Of a stretch of DNA of 64,000 nucleotides, positions 40,605 to 53,944 are shown one piece after another; positions within the stretch are counted from its first letter, which is position 1; every line of letters begins with the position of its first letter. The position numbers and the translations under genes are program-made. Under the pieces are notes generated by a model. It did no database searches and was not told where the DNA came from. It saw only the letters and a list, made by a program, of their open reading frames with translations. This stretch comes from Octopus sinensis (taxonomy: Eukaryota): assembly GCF_006345805.1 (NCBI RefSeq), contig NC_042998.1:171430001-171494000 (forward strand), in the 5' to 3' direction.

Positions 40605-40849
40605 CTCGTGTCTAAGAACACGCACCTTAGCTCTGTCAACGTAACTTACGTGCTGCACATCGAAGAGATTGTCAAGCGCCATTTTTGCCATTAGCATGTC
40701 AGTTCTTCTAATTCATTGGTTAACTCTTCTAATCCATTGTTTTCTCTTGCCACTTCTTTGGTTTATCTTTTTATTTTACTCTAATAATCCATCATCAATT
40801 TTGACAATCACTCCTATCAACATCTGTTCAACTAGCTCATTAATTTGTT

Positions 40850-41500
40850 CTCCGTAGCTTATCCATGCCAGAAACATATCCATGTCAATGTGCCCTACCT
40901 AGATTGACCTGGTAGATCACAAACTTGTGGCTTGTGTAGCTGATCAACCGAAACTGTAGGCCTGAAACCCATTCTACCACTACCCGCTGACCTAATCAAG
41001 CTAACATCTAGATATGAATTTGGTGACCTGATGCACATTGCCATAGAACGTTCAATCGATATTTGTCCGACAGCTGAAACTGTCTAAGGCGGTTTATGAA
41101 GCTTTTACACAAACCCTCTTCTCGGCTACTTCCACACATCGTACGTCTACGATGCTATACCAGTAGTTCTCATATGCTAACAAATCGAATGTTCTCAAGA
41201 TTACTTCACAATACTTGTAGATTGTCCACTCTGATCCAAAGGGGCTATAAACGTCCACTAGTCTCAAGGCACCCCCTTCATGACCGCCGACTTACCATTC
41301 TGGGTTGAGGAAGACAGCTATTATTTTGAAATACAGAACTTTCCAAAACTACCCTGCCGTTCTATTCAATCTGAGCTGATCAAAAGATTTGTTCCTCTTG
41401 TAGGCATTGAAAATCTCGAGTAACTCCTTGCAGAACATTCTGGTTGCACTGATGGCCACCACTTCCTAATCCAATGACCCGAGCTTAAGCAAGTGACTTT
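40850..41500 (-). mobile_element. Decayed L1/Tx1-like AP endonuclease remnant
   Basis: Minus-strand pieces GALRLVDVYSP, SPNSYLDV and ISYTSHKFV resemble the APE motifs VYAP, SRLDR and SDH, in the correct order. Confidence 0.45.
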
Positions 41501-41525
41501 GCTTCTCGACCGATCCTAGGTTGTA

Positions 41526-41557
<32 letters not shown>

Positions 41558-41559
41558 CG

Positions 41560-41971
41560 CTTTACTCTTTACTCTCTTTTACTTGTTTCAGTCATTTGAC
41601 TGCGGCCATGCTGGCGCACCGCCTTTAATTCGAGCAACTCGACTCCGGGACTTATTCTTTGTAAGCCCAGTACTTATTCAATCGGTCTCTTTTGCCGAAC
41701 CGCTAAGTTACGGGGACATAAACACACCAGCATCGGTTGTCAAGCAATGCTAGGGGGACAAACACAGATACAGAAGCACACACACCCACATATACACATA
41801 TATACATATATACGACGGGCTTCTTTCAGTTTCCGTCTACCAAATCCACTCACAAGGCTTTGGTCGGCCCGAGGCTATAGTAGAAGACACTTTCCCAAGG
41901 TGCCATGCAGTGGGACTGAACCCGGAACCATGTGGCTGGTAAACAAGCTACATACCAAACAGCCACTCCTG
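41560..41971 (-). mobile_element. Full-length family B SINE
   Basis: Close match to 34135-34537. Confidence 0.85.
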
Positions 41972-42789
41972 TCACGTGCCATTCTAGGTACAGAAAAAAG
42001 TGAGAGAGTGTACATACCTTGGTCTTCAAAAACGGCTAATCTATTCGGCCTGGAGCGGGGTAAGAGTTCTTGAAAGGCTCTCCAATTTGATTTTTTATTA
42101 CAATATTGGTCAAATTAATGCGTATTTTAACAAAATATCATAATGAAAAAGCTTACCTTTTGGCTTGTCTTTTTCTGGCTTTGTTCGGTTAAATTTAAAC
42201 GTGTGAGCATCGGTGTGTTGACTGTTAAATATATGTGTGATGTATTTTTATGTTTAACTAGTCTCTTTTTATCAAGAAATATCAAATAAAAGATGGAAAA
42301 AAAAATCAATTAATTTTCTTCAAACGGCATGTCACACATCAAAATTATACGTTGTTAATGATTGGATTATATGCTATAATGATTAGGGATAAACGTTAAT
42401 GTGATATGATTATTTGTTATGTTTTTTCCTGCAGATATTTCTTCTCTGGTGAACTTAAAGGCTTGCATAAAATATTGGAAACCTTTCATCATGAGCGAAT
42501 AAGCTCAAATAATTCAGAGGCAACTTCTTCATGCAAAACAATAAAGTTATTGTTGCTGTCTCTCGTATTGCAGAAATAATTACAATATTAACAATAATTG
42601 ATTAATATTGTTTTTCCCCACTTCCTATCACTATTTCGGCAATTACAGAAAAGCTAAGACTTTCACAGTATAATTATTTTAGTTGCCACATAATTATTCC
42701 CACTTAACATTTTAATGTTCTCTGCGTTAATTTATAACCCCTAAATTACCTATCAAATGGCATTTACAATCACTTGGGATGTGCTGGAC

Positions 42790-43140
42790 GGTGGATTGGC
42801 GGAATCGTTAGTGAATCAGACGAAATGCGTTGTAGAATCTGTTCTGACTTTATATTCAGAGTTCAATTTCCACCAAAGTCATTTTTGCCTTTCATAATTC
42901 CAGGTTCGATAAAATAAAGTATCAGTTAAGTACTGGGATCGTTATATTCAACATGGACTGTTCTCCACTTTTACCAAATTCCAGACCTTATGGAAATATT
43001 GGTTTCAAATTTTAGGTCAATGCCAGCAAGTTCGGAGTTAGGTTTAAGTCGCTTACATCGACCCCCACGGCTCAACTGGTACATATTTTATCGACCGACC
43101 CCGAAAGGACGAAAGGGAAAGTCGACATCGGCGGAATTTC
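42790..43140. mobile_element. Two family A SINEs, tail-to-tail
   Basis: Plus copy ~42790-42990 and partial minus copy ~43000-43140. Confidence 0.65.
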
Positions 43141-43345
43141 TAATTCTGTAGCCTTATATTTATTGTGTGCTTTCATTGCATATCTTGGCATAGCTCGATA
43201 TGCCCTCAATATGTGCAGTGTTTTCTTTCGTTTCCGTGTTTCTATTTTAATTTGTATCGGGAGTATTCTATGTGATATAAGCTTAGAACTCAGTGGTACT
43301 ACTTTCTGAATGTTTTATGTAAATACAAGAATGTGAGTGATTCAG

Positions 43346-43692
43346 TCAGCCAAGCTGCAGCACCACCTTGAAAAGTTTAGTCGAAATCCACCCCAAAATT
43401 ACCAACGACACTCGCTGCAGCAGCCACTCCACCTCGTAGGACTTATTTCTCAGACGGGCTTCCGTTATCCTGATTTTGCGAAGGAAATCGCTAGTATGAG
43501 GTCCGATAACACCTGACTTCTCGGCGTCGACCGACACAAAGTAGCAGCTCGTCCGTGTTACGGGAGGTAACACCCAGGTTTGCGCCGATGCAGCAAGGTT
43601 GGAGTCGGAGAACGTGTCGATGCAGGTCGCATCCCAGACTAAGGACCTGCCTCCCTCGAAAGGGAGGAGAGTTATGCCGTCAAGGCGCTTAC
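43346..43692 (-). mobile_element. CRE-like non-LTR retrotransposon restriction-like endonuclease fragment
   Basis: KRLDGITLLPFEGGRSLVWDATCIDT...AEKSGVIG...FLRKI...WLLQRVS fits the CRE-type pattern KRPDGxTLxPWxxGxxLxWDxT...ETxG...FLxQRxS. Confidence 0.7.
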
Positions 43693-44110
43693 CAGGACTG
43701 GCCAACATGAGGCCTACGGGCAGCATGCAGCCCGCAGACTTTTATCTTGCGGCCCGCTTGATACTTTCTTGAAATGGGTTTACTTAAACATTTTAAAAAT
43801 TTTATCAAGAATTAAAGATTGTAATGAAAAGAAAATGTTTTTTTGCAAGGATAATATTTCATGTTGAATCAACGATCATTCATTCATTATTGTAATAATA
43901 GCATGAGAAAGCAAAATGTTTTCAATTTTGTCAGTAGTGTTCTATTTTCGCATCACGCGTATGCAGTTTGCAAGTGTTAATTGAACATCTTTTTTGCTAT
44001 CTTTTATATGTACGCACGTTTACGTATACACTTTAAAATATATAAGTGGCCCTCAACAAAATTTCTGTGATTAAAGTGGCCCGCAATGTAATTCGAGTTG
44101 GCCAGGCCTG
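43693..44110. mobile_element. hAT (Charlie-like) MITE
   Basis: TIRs CAGGACTGGCCAAC / GTTGGCCAGGCCTG with subterminal GGCCCGC motifs. The TSD is poorly conserved. Confidence 0.7.
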
Positions 44111-44121
44111 GTGTATACAAA

Positions 44122-44122
44122 T

Positions 44123-44179
<57 letters not shown>

Positions 44180-44215
44180 CACCGCCGCCACCACCACCAC
44201 CACCACCACCACACC

Positions 44216-44246
<31 letters not shown>

Positions 44247-44320
44247 TACTACTACTACTACTACTACTGCTGCTACTGCTGCTGCTGCTGCTGCTGCTGC
44301 TGGTATTGCTGTTGCTGCTT
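44122..44320. repeat. Compound trinucleotide microsatellite (ACT)n(ACC)n(ACT)n(GCT)n
   Basis: Direct reading. Confidence 0.95.
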
Positions 44321-44667
44321 CATATTGTTACATGTATCTGCCATTTCACCATTTAGCTTCATGTGTTTTACACGTAGTCTTACGAGCCAACTAGGGCACC
44401 TGTGTGCCCGTTATCACTCGATCTGCTACAAATAACAGCTAAATATCCTTCAACTCAAACCCTACCGTCTGAAACAACGAAGAAAGCATTGGATAATTTA
44501 TGGATGGGTACCCTCTTTTGAAAAAAACAGGATGGTTATAACCGGAATACTTCTGATCATAGTCTGCTGAATCAGGGTTGACCCTGGTCTAAAAACAGAC
44601 CATCATAATTTTTCTATGTATGTGCATTGGTTTCTTGTATGTGTTCCTTTGTGTATAAAACAGAGAT

Positions 44668-44940
44668 GGGTGTGGGTCAGAAGTTTGCTTCCCGAGCACA
44701 TGGCTCTGGGTTCAGTCCCACATTGCGTAGCACCTTGGCCAAATGTCTTATTCTATAGCCTCGGGACCACTAAAGCCTTGTGAGTGGATTTGGTCGATGG
44801 AAATTGAAGGAAGTCCATCGTACATATATATGCATATACATGTGTGTGTGTGTGTGTGTATTGTCATTGTGTATGTTCGTCTCCCACAACCGCTTGTCAA
44901 CCGGTGTTGGTTTGTTTACGTCCCCGTAACTTAGTGGTTA
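44668..44940 (+). mobile_element. Family B SINE, diverged and partial
   Basis: GGGTTCAGTCCCAC...AAAGCCTTGTGAGTGGATTTGGT...TTTACGTCCCCGTAACTTAG. Confidence 0.75.
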
Positions 44941-44999
44941 GGAAGGAAACTAGTTGTCAGGGATATTGATTTCAAATGTAACACGTATGTGCATACTAT

Positions 45000-45063
<64 letters not shown>

Positions 45064-45065
<2 letters not shown>

Positions 45066-45707
45066 CCCTGATGCAGTACCAGGCAGTGGATCTCATGCCC
45101 TGATGCAGTACCAGGCAGTGGTTCTAATGCTCTGATGCAGTACCAGGCAGTGGCTCTCATGGCTTCTGATCTTAACTGACTGGAAGTGTTATCGTGTACA
45201 TTGTTTTGTCTTGGTATAAAAGATGGGCTACAGTAAATATTCTGCGCAATACCACAGATTTGCCAAAATTACCAACGACACTAAGAGTGAAGTTTACAAT
45301 TTTTACACACATACATACATGCCCCTTAGTGGCTAACGATATGTACATCTTTGATCACAAGCATAAGTAGTGGGGGAGCATCATAACCGTGTGTTGAAAA
45401 GAATTATTAGAGGTTTGGATTATTCACCTTTGGAATCATGGGTGGTTCGTTCAATATCCTTAAACAACCCTTATTCAGGGACCTTTTGAGCGGGATGGGA
45501 TACTCGACCAGAAGAAAATTGTAACTGGGCCCCACCTGCAAGGTCATGCGCTGTTTCTCTTGATATGAGATCACCATGTCGCGTACATATGGTTGTGATG
45601 CATGTGGCTGGTGTACCCTTATCAGGCGGGTAGTCATGATGGGTATACTGGGCTTCGTATATTTTACCCCAGTGTCACTTTGATGGAATGCACTGCTCTC
45701 ACAGTCA
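45064..45707 (+). mobile_element. Longest copy of the (AAT)n-inserted retroelement, with a triplicated ~33 bp 5' unit
   Basis: (AAT)n on both sides. TGC(C/T)CTGATGCAGTACCAGGCAGTGG occurs three times at 45064-45160. Body matches 14811-15177. Confidence 0.8.
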
Positions 45708-45732
45708 ATAATAATAATAATAATAATAATAG

Positions 45733-45937
45733 TTTCAAATTTTGCCACAAGGAGAGCAATTTTGGAGGAGGGGATCTGTCGATTACATCGACCGAGTGTT
45801 TCACTGGTACTTAATTTATCGACCCCGAAAGGATGAAAGGCAAAGTCAACCTCGGCGGAATTTGAACTCAGAACGACAGACAAAATACCGCAAAGCATTT
45901 CGTTCGGAGTGCTAATGATTCTACCAGCTCACCGCCT
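45733..45937 (-). mobile_element. Family A SINE
   Basis: Family core, flanked by (AAT)n. Confidence 0.85.
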
Positions 45938-46014
<77 letters not shown>

Positions 46015-46170
46015 AATAATAATAATATTTATTTATTAATTTTTTTATATACATATTTTACCTGTGAATTTGCGTATGCAATCTGAGAATGCATATAATG
46101 AGCTTCTCTGCCCTAAGTGTACGAAAAACTCTCGGCGAGAAATGGAAGAAAATTTGAAGAAAGAAGGACA

Positions 46171-46272
<102 letters not shown>

Positions 46273-46949
46273 CGACGGTGTTTAGCCCCTTGTGGTTAGT
46301 AAAGAAACAGATAAGTGCTACCAGCTGTTGGTATCTGTTTCAAGGGTTACGCAGATGTTCTGGAAACTAAATGTATTATGGCTGCAACAATTTCAGATAT
46401 TTTTTGTTTCGATCAGGATTGTCATTTGTAATGCATGTATTTCTGCTATATCAATCAGACTAAACCGTTGTTTTGGTCAACTATCGGCTAATAATGGGCA
46501 TCTGGCTAGACTGTTGTGAAGCGTTCACAACACTTTAAGCAACTAGATAAGATTGTAATTAAAACGTCTACCTTTGCGTTCTGTTGTACGAGTGTCGGTA
46601 TGAACTGGATGCTTTTAATGCCTGTCCTGTACAATCTTTTCTTGGAAGATTGTCCCAGAATTAGCTTGTTATTTCCATGGAATGCAAAGCCTGTTCAATA
46701 TTACCAGCACAGTTATGGGAGTGCATTCAGTCAGGTATCTGTACAGAGAATGCAATCGCTCTTGTCTATACTAGCTTGTCTGTCGATTTTTCATATCAAA
46801 TAGTCGATACCACGTATCAGACAGACCTGGCTATCTGACAATTCGTTGTCAGTTTCTTAGACCGACCAAGCGAATTCGTTGCTTTAGCTGTTTTCCATGT
46901 CTGCTGCACGAGGCTGTAAGAGTGAAGTTTACAATTTTTACACACATAC

Positions 46950-47010
<61 letters not shown>

Positions 47011-47021
47011 AAAGAGTGAGT

Positions 47022-47078
<57 letters not shown>

Positions 47079-47551
47079 GGCATTGTAGACACTTCAAGAA
47101 GATCTCCTCTACCTAGTTATTTCCATTTAAATTAATAATTCTTTTGCTCCGATTATATTTAATCATCATAAACAAACCCGTTAGAGTGAGAGGAATTCGA
47201 TTATTTTCATCATCCGTTTACATTTTTATTTGTCGTTTCGCTGAATAATTCATGTACCCCATGTTTACGTTGAAAATGAATCTAATTTTCAAGTTGACAT
47301 TTAATAAATCGCTTAACTTCAATTAGATTCATCACTTTTAGGCTAACGATTCAGTTAATGATCTGTACTTTACGAACAGCTGAAAAGCTACAAAAACATT
47401 TAAAATATATATAATAGCCATTTGATAGAAAAGATCAAGGAATCTTATTTGTCTGAAGATAATCGCTTTTATATAATGATCAAGATCACTGCATTTCAAT
47501 ATGCGTTCTTTTAGAATATGATATCTTTTACATTGATCACTTAAAACATTT

Positions 47552-48193
47552 GGATCTTGACCTTTTGACCGACAGATTAAAAAAATAATTTTTTGTAACA
47601 CTTTCAAACTTCGGACACTTGTAGAATGTGTCATATAAAACATCTTTTACTGTTAGTGTTTTTGAGAAAAAACCTTATATTTAGGAAGTTATTTCACGTT
47701 AAAGTTGTACTATTTCGGTAATTTCAACCAATCAATGACGTATATTCAGCTAAATAAAATAACTGCCGTTGTTTGTCAACAAGAACTTCTGGCAGTGTAC
47801 ATTTTGTTTGTCACTGTTATTTATGACATCATTCGTGCGTTTGTACTGGCTTTAGCTTTAAGGTTTTAGGGTTAGGGTTTTAGGGTTAAGGTTTTAGGTT
47901 TAGGGTTAGGGTTATCATAAATAACGGTGACAAACGAAATACACACCGCAGGAAGTTCTTGTTGACAAACAACGGCAGTAATTTTATTCAGTTGAATACA
48001 CGTCATTGATTGGTTGAAATTACCGAAATACTACAACTTTAACGTGAAATAACTTCCTAAATATAAGGTTTTCTCAAAAACGCTAACAGTAAAAGATGTT
48101 TTATATGACACATTATACCAGTGTCCGAAGTTTGAAAGTGTTTAGTTACAAAAAATTATTTTTTAAAATCTGTCGGTCAAAAGGCAAAGAGCC
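47552..48193. mobile_element. Foldback MITE with ~275 bp TIRs and a degenerate TTAGGG core
   Basis: 47552-47826 is the imperfect reverse complement of ~47915-48193. 8 bp TSD AAACATTT. TTAGGG/TTTTAGGG units at 47851-47914. Confidence 0.9.
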
Positions 48194-48627
48194 AAACATT
48201 TTCCTATATTCTTTGAACCGAAACTCATCAAGTAAAGATTGTCAACGTTGTCGGTTTTATTTCACCGACGGAAGAGTGTTGATAATACAAATAATTATTA
48301 CTTATAATTTAATCAATCTTCAAACAATCTTCAACCTCCGCAAGAAACACACTGGGACCATAGTTTGCTTTTTATTCAACGGACAACGACTAATCAACGA
48401 AGTCCCTGGGCACGTCTCAGATCCTGTTTCTTCACGTTTCAAACACGTCTAAATTAATTTAAATAGTTAAATTATGGAGAACCACAGCTAGTTAATGCTT
48501 CTGTGATGGACATTTTACAAGTAGATTGCCGCAGGAAAACCTCATTACTAAGAAGGCGTACTTTATTCTTTTCCATAACTTTAATGTTAATATAGAGCAA
48601 TTTTTGAAATCGATCTTGCATGATCTA

Positions 48628-48988
48628 TTACTTGCTTTGGTTATTGAATTACTGCCATACTGGGGCACAACCTTGAAAGGTTTAGTCGAATAAATCGAAC
48701 CTAATTCTTTATTTTTAAGTCTGGTACTTATTCTATCAATCTGTTTTACCGAACTACTGACTTACGGTGACGTAAACAAACTAACACCGGTTGTCAAGCA
48801 GTGGGGAGTAACAAGCACACATACATGCATCCCACATTCTACGGGCTTCCTCACAGTTTCTATCTACCAAATTCATTCACAAGGTATTGGTTGGCCCGGA
48901 GCTATAGAAGAAATTTGCCTAATGTAACTGAACCCGAACCTGCGTGGTTACAAAGCGAGCTTCTTAGCCACACAATTATGTCTGCGCG
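48628..48988 (-). mobile_element. Diverged family B SINE
   Basis: Collinear with 34135-34537 but more diverged. Confidence 0.7.
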
Positions 48989-49790
48989 TAGATGAGATAT
49001 TAATCATATTGATGCTATCGAATTTATATGCATTCAGTTTATAGAGCACCCAGCAAAAGACAGATCAAGAAAACTAATTTAGCTTTAAAATGGGTCTTTA
49101 ATATTGAGTTTCACAATGTTCAACATCGTTATGATTATGTGTGTGTCACTTTGATGATATAGACCCTAGTGCGCTGTAGCAATTTTTTCTTCATTCATAC
49201 CTGCAAAGAAATTGGGAAATACATGAAAATCACTGTTTCCCATACATCACTCCAAAATAAATTCATTGAATCCATACAGTGAACTGTACCATTTTTTGTG
49301 TCAGGGCTTTCTCATCTTATCTTTTCTATATTGATATGATTTCAAAATGGCTTCAGAAAAGACAAGCAAATGAAGTGAGCTGTATGTAGGAGATTGAGAT
49401 GGAACTGGTCAATACATCAGATAAATCTCCCTCAAATATAATTTGAGACATCATATCGATTTGTCAAAAAAGCATCACAATAGTTTGTTGAGAAAACAAT
49501 CAAGCTCTGTTATTAGCAATGTATTAATAAATTTCTTTTAAACAGTTGGCAATATCCTTGTACATTTCTTTTAAATAGTTTGCAATATCCTTGTAAATTT
49601 ATTTTACTTCTACTCTAACGGTGAAACGCTAGATCTCTTACTCATCATGAAATATTTGCAACTTACGCACCAATATTATATCTAAAAGAGTTGTGTCTAG
49701 ATATATCCAGAAATAGAATTTATGGATATATCCAGGAACAACTCTGTGTCTCAGAAAGAGTATACTGGAATAATATACTCGGAGTTCATG

Positions 49791-49992
49791 GTGGCGAGCT
49801 GGCAGAAACATTAGCATGCCTGGTGAAATGCTTCGCAGTATTTCGTTTGTCTTTACGTTCTGAGTTCAAATTCCGCTGAGGTCGACCTTGCCTTTCATCC
49901 CTTCGGGATCGATAAATTAAGTACCAGTTGCGTACTAATCGACTGGCCATCTTCCCCAAAATTTATGGACTTGTGCCTAGAGTAGAAAAGAA
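49791..49992 (+). mobile_element. Family A SINE
   Basis: Head, core and GTGCCTAGAGTAGAAAAGAAT tail. Confidence 0.85.
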
Positions 49993-50049
49993 TATACTCT
50001 GAGTTCCTGGAATTGAGTTTTGAGTTTCTAAAATAGAAAGAAGAAACAC

Positions 50050-51170
50050 CATAGTAGAAACCTAAAATATTTATGAGAATGCATCACAGTATTATTTTTG
50101 TTATTAATTAGTCAGAAAAGTCTGAATAGTTCTTTGGCCTTTTAAAGACCTTCCAGTTAGGTGAAATCAATGTATCAACGTCTGCTAAAAAACAGGCGAG
50201 AAGAATTTCATATGAGTTGCAGGACTAGAGAGGAATAATTGGAGAAAAAAATTTTCTGAGACCAGTGGGCTAACACAATAGGGAAAGCCCTAATAGTTGT
50301 TTGCAGCTTGTTAATTCAGATGAGCTGAGGCTGTTACAGTAAAAGTAGAAACTGAGAAAAGAAACATCATGTTTGTAAGCTAGTGATTGTAGCGTGCGGT
50401 AAAAGATTCTGTCAATAAGTGGACGATTTTCTTTTGGACGCAGTTTTGGATGTATGCTTGTAGTACCAGCACCGTTCCAGAAATGTAACCATTATTCTAA
50501 TGTGGACTGTTCTTGAATTATGAAGAATGTCTTCCACAAATAAAGGCTATAGTATTCTTACGCTCTGAAGAAGAAATTTAGTCTTGCGGTACTGCTTTAT
50601 GGTGCAGTTTTGACAATGCTTCATATGTGAAGTCGCCATGATAACTCAGAAATTGGGAAGCCAAGTATTTCTTGTGATTTTGATGGCTTAAATGGTGTGC
50701 TGTCTATACGTATAAATGGCATTAATGAAGACTGTTTTCTAGATAGCTGAATGACTGTTAAAATAGTGTATGTTGTCGCATCAGCTTTGAATTTAGTATT
50801 CACGGTCTCAGACCATAAAATTAAATCAAGTCTGACGTGAAGAAATGTTTAGAATGTATGTAAATGACGCCTATAAAGGAGTAATAAAAAGTGATAACAT
50901 CTGCGTTGCAGCATAAACAAGTGGAAGTATCAGAATATGAATTGTTAATGTACAAAGGAATTAATGCTTCAGGGTAACCAAACCATAAGATGTAGTAGAG
51001 TTCATAGAATCTATGTATCGGTGAGAGTCCCGCCCAGACTCATTGTAATGCAGCAGTCTGACAAGAAGCATCCGACCTAAAAGATGAGAAATTAATTCTA
51101 TAGATTTATGGGGAGGGGTTATGTGACAATGGCCTGCCAGATCTAGTCGCTTTTGACAAGTAAACACTGC
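50050..51170 (-). mobile_element. Decayed CR1/L2/Jockey-like RT remnant
   Basis: Minus-strand pieces ..FLCTLT/LYIN.., LNTKFKA and ILGFPISELSWRLHI (resembling ILGxxxxxxLSWxxHI). Confidence 0.5.
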
Positions 51171-53675
51171 TTTATCTAAATACAAATTGATATACTAATA
51201 TGTATATATCTGAATAGTTTTATGAAATTTTATTATACATATTTTGAACTTTGTATGGGTTAAAGAAGATATACAGTTGCTATGTTAAAGTTGGGCAGTG
51301 AGTTGGCAGAAGTCCGAGCACGCCAGACACAATGTCTTCGAACATTTTCTTTTCTTATGTTCTAAGTTCATATGTCAGTCGTTTGCCTTCATTCCTCTGT
51401 AGTTTGAAAAATATTTACCAATAGTATAAACAATATAAAGATGTCGATAAAATTGACAGTATACCGACGTAACAAAAGCTGGCATTCTGATGAGGCAAAA
51501 TCACTATTATATGGATCACTTACCCACAAGAAAACGCGACAATCATAAATCCCATTTCGCTTCCCTTGAAGATATGTTTCATGTTAGAAACCTAATCAAA
51601 ATGCAACATTACTTCTTGTTATTAGCATTAGTTTTCGGGATGAGGCTACTTTCAAATGTAGGATGCAAAAATCGATACAAACGTTGTAAACGATTTGATT
51701 CACGTTATATAATGAGTTTTTCCAAAGTAATGATTCTTGATAAATGAGAATGCCACTCACGGTAAGAGAAATGGCAGTGACTATTGATTTTTCAAATCTA
51801 ATAATGGTATTGTATCACCATTTAGCTTCCATATTTATGGAATTCTGGTTAGAAATAAGTTAACACATAGATTATCAGGGAGTTTCGCGAATCCAACGTA
51901 AAAGAGGTTTCTGCTTTGTTTCTAAAAAATTTCAGTTTAGTTAACTAATCAATATGATATATTTTGGCAACCTGTCAATCAATAATAAATATAATATACA
52001 GGAAAAGTCTGTAGAGAAACTATAAGTCTCTGGGCCCTTAATCGATTTGAGTATAAGTTGTTAAGCTACTTAAGCAACTTCAAAGTTACAAACGTCCCAG
52101 TATCAGTTCCTTATCTCTTTAAATGCAAAACACTTGTACTCTGTTGATGAGGAAACGGCGAAATGTCCCTGATGAGAGAAAAGCCGGCAGGGTCTGTGAG
52201 ACTGGAAACCGAAAACCGGGGCTGCTATATTGGACGGTAAGGTCAATCCAGTGTCGTCACGCCAAACGTTGCATATCTGTTGCGGGTTAAACATTAACAA
52301 AAGCGACTAGAATAGTTGATAGAGTTTACTATGCATGTCTGAAAGCTTTGTTACTGAAATACAACAAATGCCTAAAAAAAATAGCCATCTTTGATGAGAA
52401 AATTAATAAGGATTTAATATTTTTTCGCAATCTATATTTTTATTTCTGAGATATAGCGGCGAGTTTAGCGATAAAAGTGTTTTTTATTGATAAAATAATG
52501 GTTATATTATGTTTTATTTTGTTATTGTTTGAGGTTATTGATGAATTATTACTTTTGCAACAATTGCTCTCAGTGTGGAGAGACTATTTTTTTTTCAAAG
52601 CAAATGTCTTCAAATGAAGATAAATCAACAGTATATTGGTCATAGTTAGAAATCACATTTTTCTGTGTTTGCTGATTTATATTACTCAAATTCTAAAATT
52701 GATAGGAAATCAATTTTTTTCACTATCCAGTGTAAAAATAAAATAAAAATAACTAAACACTAGATTTCAGCTAAACTAGTAGCGGTTTGCATCAGCAATG
52801 ATCAAATAAAAGTAAAATGCAAACAACTGAGACACCTTAGTGTACTGTGAGACTTCACTATGTAAAACGACATATATATGTTCTGTTACAAATATACGAA
52901 TTACAAGCACACGAATATACTTCAGTTTTTTTCTAATAAAAAGAGAATATTTGTTACTTTAAAAATAGATGAGGGAAAACAAACAAAAACATTTCAAGCG
53001 GTTGGATTAGAATTTAAACTTTATGACACCCAAATTTAAGTGATTTTTTAACTTAAATATAGGCTTTGATACCTAACAATATCATGTTCAAATCACACTG
53101 TAGTTCACTTCAAGCTACATTTCTCCTGGATAGATAAACCTTATCGATAAAGTCTGCTAAAAAATTATATTTTTTTCTATCACTCATAAGAAGTGGTGCT
53201 TTACTGAGCCCTTACGGATAGGTGGATAGAAATGGCTTAGAGTAGATGATATGGTAGATGTTCAGTTTGAAATTTGGATGCTGCTGCTGTCCCATTGCAA
53301 GTAAAGCTGGTCGGTTCAGACCGAGAGAATAGCCAAAGATTGAACACTATCACCATTTTCCCGTTCCAAGGTCCCAAGTCTCTAATTTGTGATGCAGCTT
53401 GTAGCGATACTTTTTTCCAGCTGTAAGCTGCTGAACGGTGTACAAAAGAGGAAAAAAGTGGATTCATTGGGATACAAGTATCCCTGAGACGGTTGTTATA
53501 TACATCACTTTTATTTTATCAAGTATTAAAGGTTGTCGTGATTATGTAGGATCCAATCCAAATGACAACGTAGATCAAGTAGGTACTGCAAATTTAGGGT
53601 GAATACTTGATAAGTGTAAGCACCTGTATACGCCAGATAGTAGCAAAGGTGAGAGATATTCTCTCTCACCTCTGC

Positions 53676-53719
<44 letters not shown>

Positions 53720-53736
53720 ACTTCTTAAAACATAAA

Positions 53737-53777
53737 TATTCTTGACAAGTCATACAAGGACGAAAACCGGTTGAATA
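53737..53777 (+). ncRNA. Minimal hammerhead ribozyme in the 5' terminal repeat (U3-A8 variant)
   Basis: TATTC-TTGACAA-GTC(ATACAAG)GAC-GAAA-ACCGG-TT-GAATA. Contains the palindrome AACCGGTT. Confidence 0.75.
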
Positions 53778-53944
53778 AATATATATTTATATATTTTATC
53801 ATTTTCTCATTTTATTAAAATTTTCTTTCATTTGAGCATTCTGCATTTAAAAAAAAATTTTCCTTACTTATCATTTCTCCACGTGCGGTCAACACAACCC
53901 CACCATTTATTGATCTGTACCCTCTACCACACGTGTGATTCAGA

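Noticed and set aside
45064-45160. Three ~33 bp repeats suggesting a CRISPR array or U2 snRNA similarity
   Set aside because: The units are contiguous with no unique spacers, the context is eukaryotic, and the U2 resemblance covers only ~12 nt.
47851-47914. TTAGGG tract as a telomere-fusion or healing scar
   Set aside because: It lies centrally within a TIR- and TSD-bounded MITE and recurs in related copies.
52140-52245. GC-richer block with TTGATGA, CTGATGA and GAAA words and a GTAAGG donor-like site
   Set aside because: Helices do not form for a hammerhead, and there is no supportable exon or homology.
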